Positions 62,255 to 64,000 of a DNA stretch of 64,000 bases are shown here, one piece after another. The DNA comes from an uncultured virus (IMG/VR IMGVR_UViG_3300011008_000092) (lineage: Duplodnaviria; Heunggongvirae; Uroviricota; Caudoviricetes). Position 1 is the stretch's first letter; the number at the start of each line of letters is the position of its first letter. Location: the IMG/VR virus record IMGVR_UViG_3300011008_000092, one strand, 5' to 3'. The position numbers and the translations under genes were made by a program. The notes under the pieces were generated by a model. The model made no database searches, was not told the origin of the DNA, and worked only from the letters and a program-made list of their open reading frames with translations.

Positions 62255-64000
62255 TTATTCTTCGACAGCAGCCTGGGCGGCGGCGAGGCGGGCGATGGGC
62301 ACACGGAATGGAGAGCAAGATGCGTAGTTCATGCCAATCTTAGCACAGAACTTCACAGAGCTGGGCTCACCACCATGCTCACCGCAGATACCGCAGCGGA
62401 GTTCAGGACGCACCTCGCGACCCTTCTCTACGGCATACTTGATGAGCTTGCCGACACCCTTCTGGTCGAGCACCTGGAACGGGTCTACCTTCAGGATCTT
62501 CTTGTCCAGATATACGGGCAGGAACGAGGCAATGTCGTCGCGCGAGTAACCGAAGGTCATCTGAGTCAGGTCGTTGGTACCGAACGAGAAGTACTGAGCC
62601 TCAGTAGCAATGCGGTCGGCAGTCAGGGCAGCACGAGGAATCTCAATCATCGTACCAATCTCAAACTCTACCTCGATGCCATACTCGGCGAATACTTCCT
62701 TGGCAGCCTCCAGAATGACTTCCTTCTGCTGCTTCAACTCATAGAGTGTACCAATCAGTGGAACCATGATCTCTGGCATAGGATTCTTGCCTTCCTTCTT
62801 CAGCTCGCAGGCTGCACCAAGGATGGCACGGGTCTGCATAGCGGTGATTTCAGGGAAGGTGATGCCCAGACGGCAACCACGGTGACCCAGCATTGGGTTG
62901 TTCTCAGCCAATGAGTCAACACGACGCTTGATATCCTCTACGCTGACACCCATCTCCTTAGCCATGGTCTCCTGACCAGCCAAATCGTGGGGAACGAACT
63001 CGTGCAATGGGGGATCCAACAGACGGATGTTAACGGGCAGTCCGTCCATAGCCTCAAGAATACCCTTGAAGTCAGCCTTCTGGTAAGGCAGCAGCTTGGC
63101 AAGAGCCTTCTCGCGACCGGCAGCATCCTTCGACAGAATCATCTCGCGCATAGCGATAATCTTCTTATCCTCGAAGAACATGTGCTCTGTACGTGTCAGA
63201 CCGATACCCTTGGCACCGAAGTTACGGGCAACCTGAGCGTCGTGTGGAGTATCAGCATTGGTGCGAACCTGCAGTTTGGTGTACTTGTCGCAGAGGTCCA
63301 TCAGTTCCTTGAAGTCGCCAGAAAGCTCGGCAGCCTTGGTAGGAACTTCACCAGCATAAACCTGACCGGTAGTACCATTCAGAGAGATATAGTCGCCCTC
63401 CTTATATACTACGCCGTCAATCTCAACGGTCTTATCCTTATAGCTAACATTCAGTGAACCAACACCCGATACGCAGCACTTACCCATACCACGAGCCACA
63501 ACGGCAGCGTGTGAGGTCATACCACCACGAGCAGTCAGAATACCCTCAGCGGCAGACATACCGGCGAGGTCCTCTGGTGATGTCTCGATACGAACGAGCA
63601 CAACCTTGTGACCGTCCTTGTGCCACTCCTGAGCATCGTCAGCGTGGAATACAATCTGACCACAGGCAGCACCTGGAGATGCAGGCAGACCCTGAGCAAT
63701 CACCTTGGCAGATGTCAGTGCCTTCTTATCGAATACGGGGTGCAACAGCTCGTCGAGCTTCTGAGGCTCGCAACGCAGGATGGCAGTCTTCTCGTCAATC
63801 TTACCCTCGTGGAGCAGGTCGATGGCAATCTTCACCATAGCGGCACCTGTACGCTTACCGTTACGTGTCTGGAGGAACCAGAGTTTGCCCTCCTGTACGG
63901 TGAACTCCATATCCTGCATATCGCGATAGTGCTCCTCGAGCTTCTCCTGGATACCGTTCAGCTGAGCATAGATTTCAGGCATAGCCTCCTCCATAGAAGG
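62255..64000 (-). CDS. ppdK: Pyruvate, phosphate dikinase (5'-truncated by window), host gene
   Basis: LQTRNGKRT, GGMTSHAAVVARG, GTNDLTQ, CGEHGG and CSPFRVPIARLAAAQA motifs. Confidence 0.98.
   Translation of the reverse strand, partial: PSMEEAMPEIYAQLNGIQEKLEEHYRDMQDMEFTVQEGKLWFLQTRNGKRTGAAMVKIAIDLLHEGKIDEKTAILRCEPQKLDELLHPVFDKKALTSAKVIAQGLPASPGAACGQIVFHADDAQEWHKDGHKVVLVRIETSPEDLAGMSAAEGILTARGGMTSHAAVVARGMGKCCVSGVGSLNVSYKDKTVEIDGVVYKEGDYISLNGTTGQVYAGEVPTKAAELSGDFKELMDLCDKYTKLQVRTNADTPHDAQVARNFGAKGIGLTRTEHMFFEDKKIIAMREMILSKDAAGREKALAKLLPYQKADFKGILEAMDGLPVNIRLLDPPLHEFVPHDLAGQETMAKEMGVSVEDIKRRVDSLAENNPMLGHRGCRLGITFPEITAMQTRAILGAACELKKEGKNPMPEIMVPLIGTLYELKQQKEVILEAAKEVFAEYGIEVEFEIGTMIEIPRAALTADRIATEAQYFSFGTNDLTQMTFGYSRDDIASFLPVYLDKKILKVDPFQVLDQKGVGKLIKYAVEKGREVRPELRCGICGEHGGEPSSVKFCAKIGMNYASCSPFRVPIARLAAAQAAVEE

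Noticed and set aside
62234..63840. Plus-strand ORFs of 128-226 aa
   Set aside because: Antisense shadows of the strongly codon-biased ppdK

Overview
Most of the window (1 to about 62250) is an integrated temperate phage of a Bacteroidota host (Prevotella-like by gene style, inferred). Its left end lies outside the window and its right end abuts the 3' end of the host ppdK gene. From left to right it carries an early/replication operon (+), tail, lysis and DGR genes (-), capsid, terminase and portal genes, a 6183-aa multi-enzyme 'polyvalent' virion protein with two smaller ejection-type genes, a detached TerS-like gene and a tyrosine integrase. The main finding is a diversity-generating retroelement (RT, TR and a MutS-like accessory gene) with two targets. 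One is the adjacent tail-fibre-like gene, with 16 of 16 TR/VR mismatches at TR adenines. The other is a remote, opposite-strand, non-structural gene about 14 kb away in the early operon; its VR falls exactly in the only assembly gap, and it carries the same IMH and downstream hairpin. Other signals are a phage-specific late-promoter motif at an invariant spacing (6 copies), an antisense promoter plus structured sRNA hidden in the giant gene, a capsid protein with a signal-peptide-like leader near a rhomboid protease gene, and a poly-C frameshift. All calls come from reading motifs by eye; no database searches were run, and domain boundaries are approximate.
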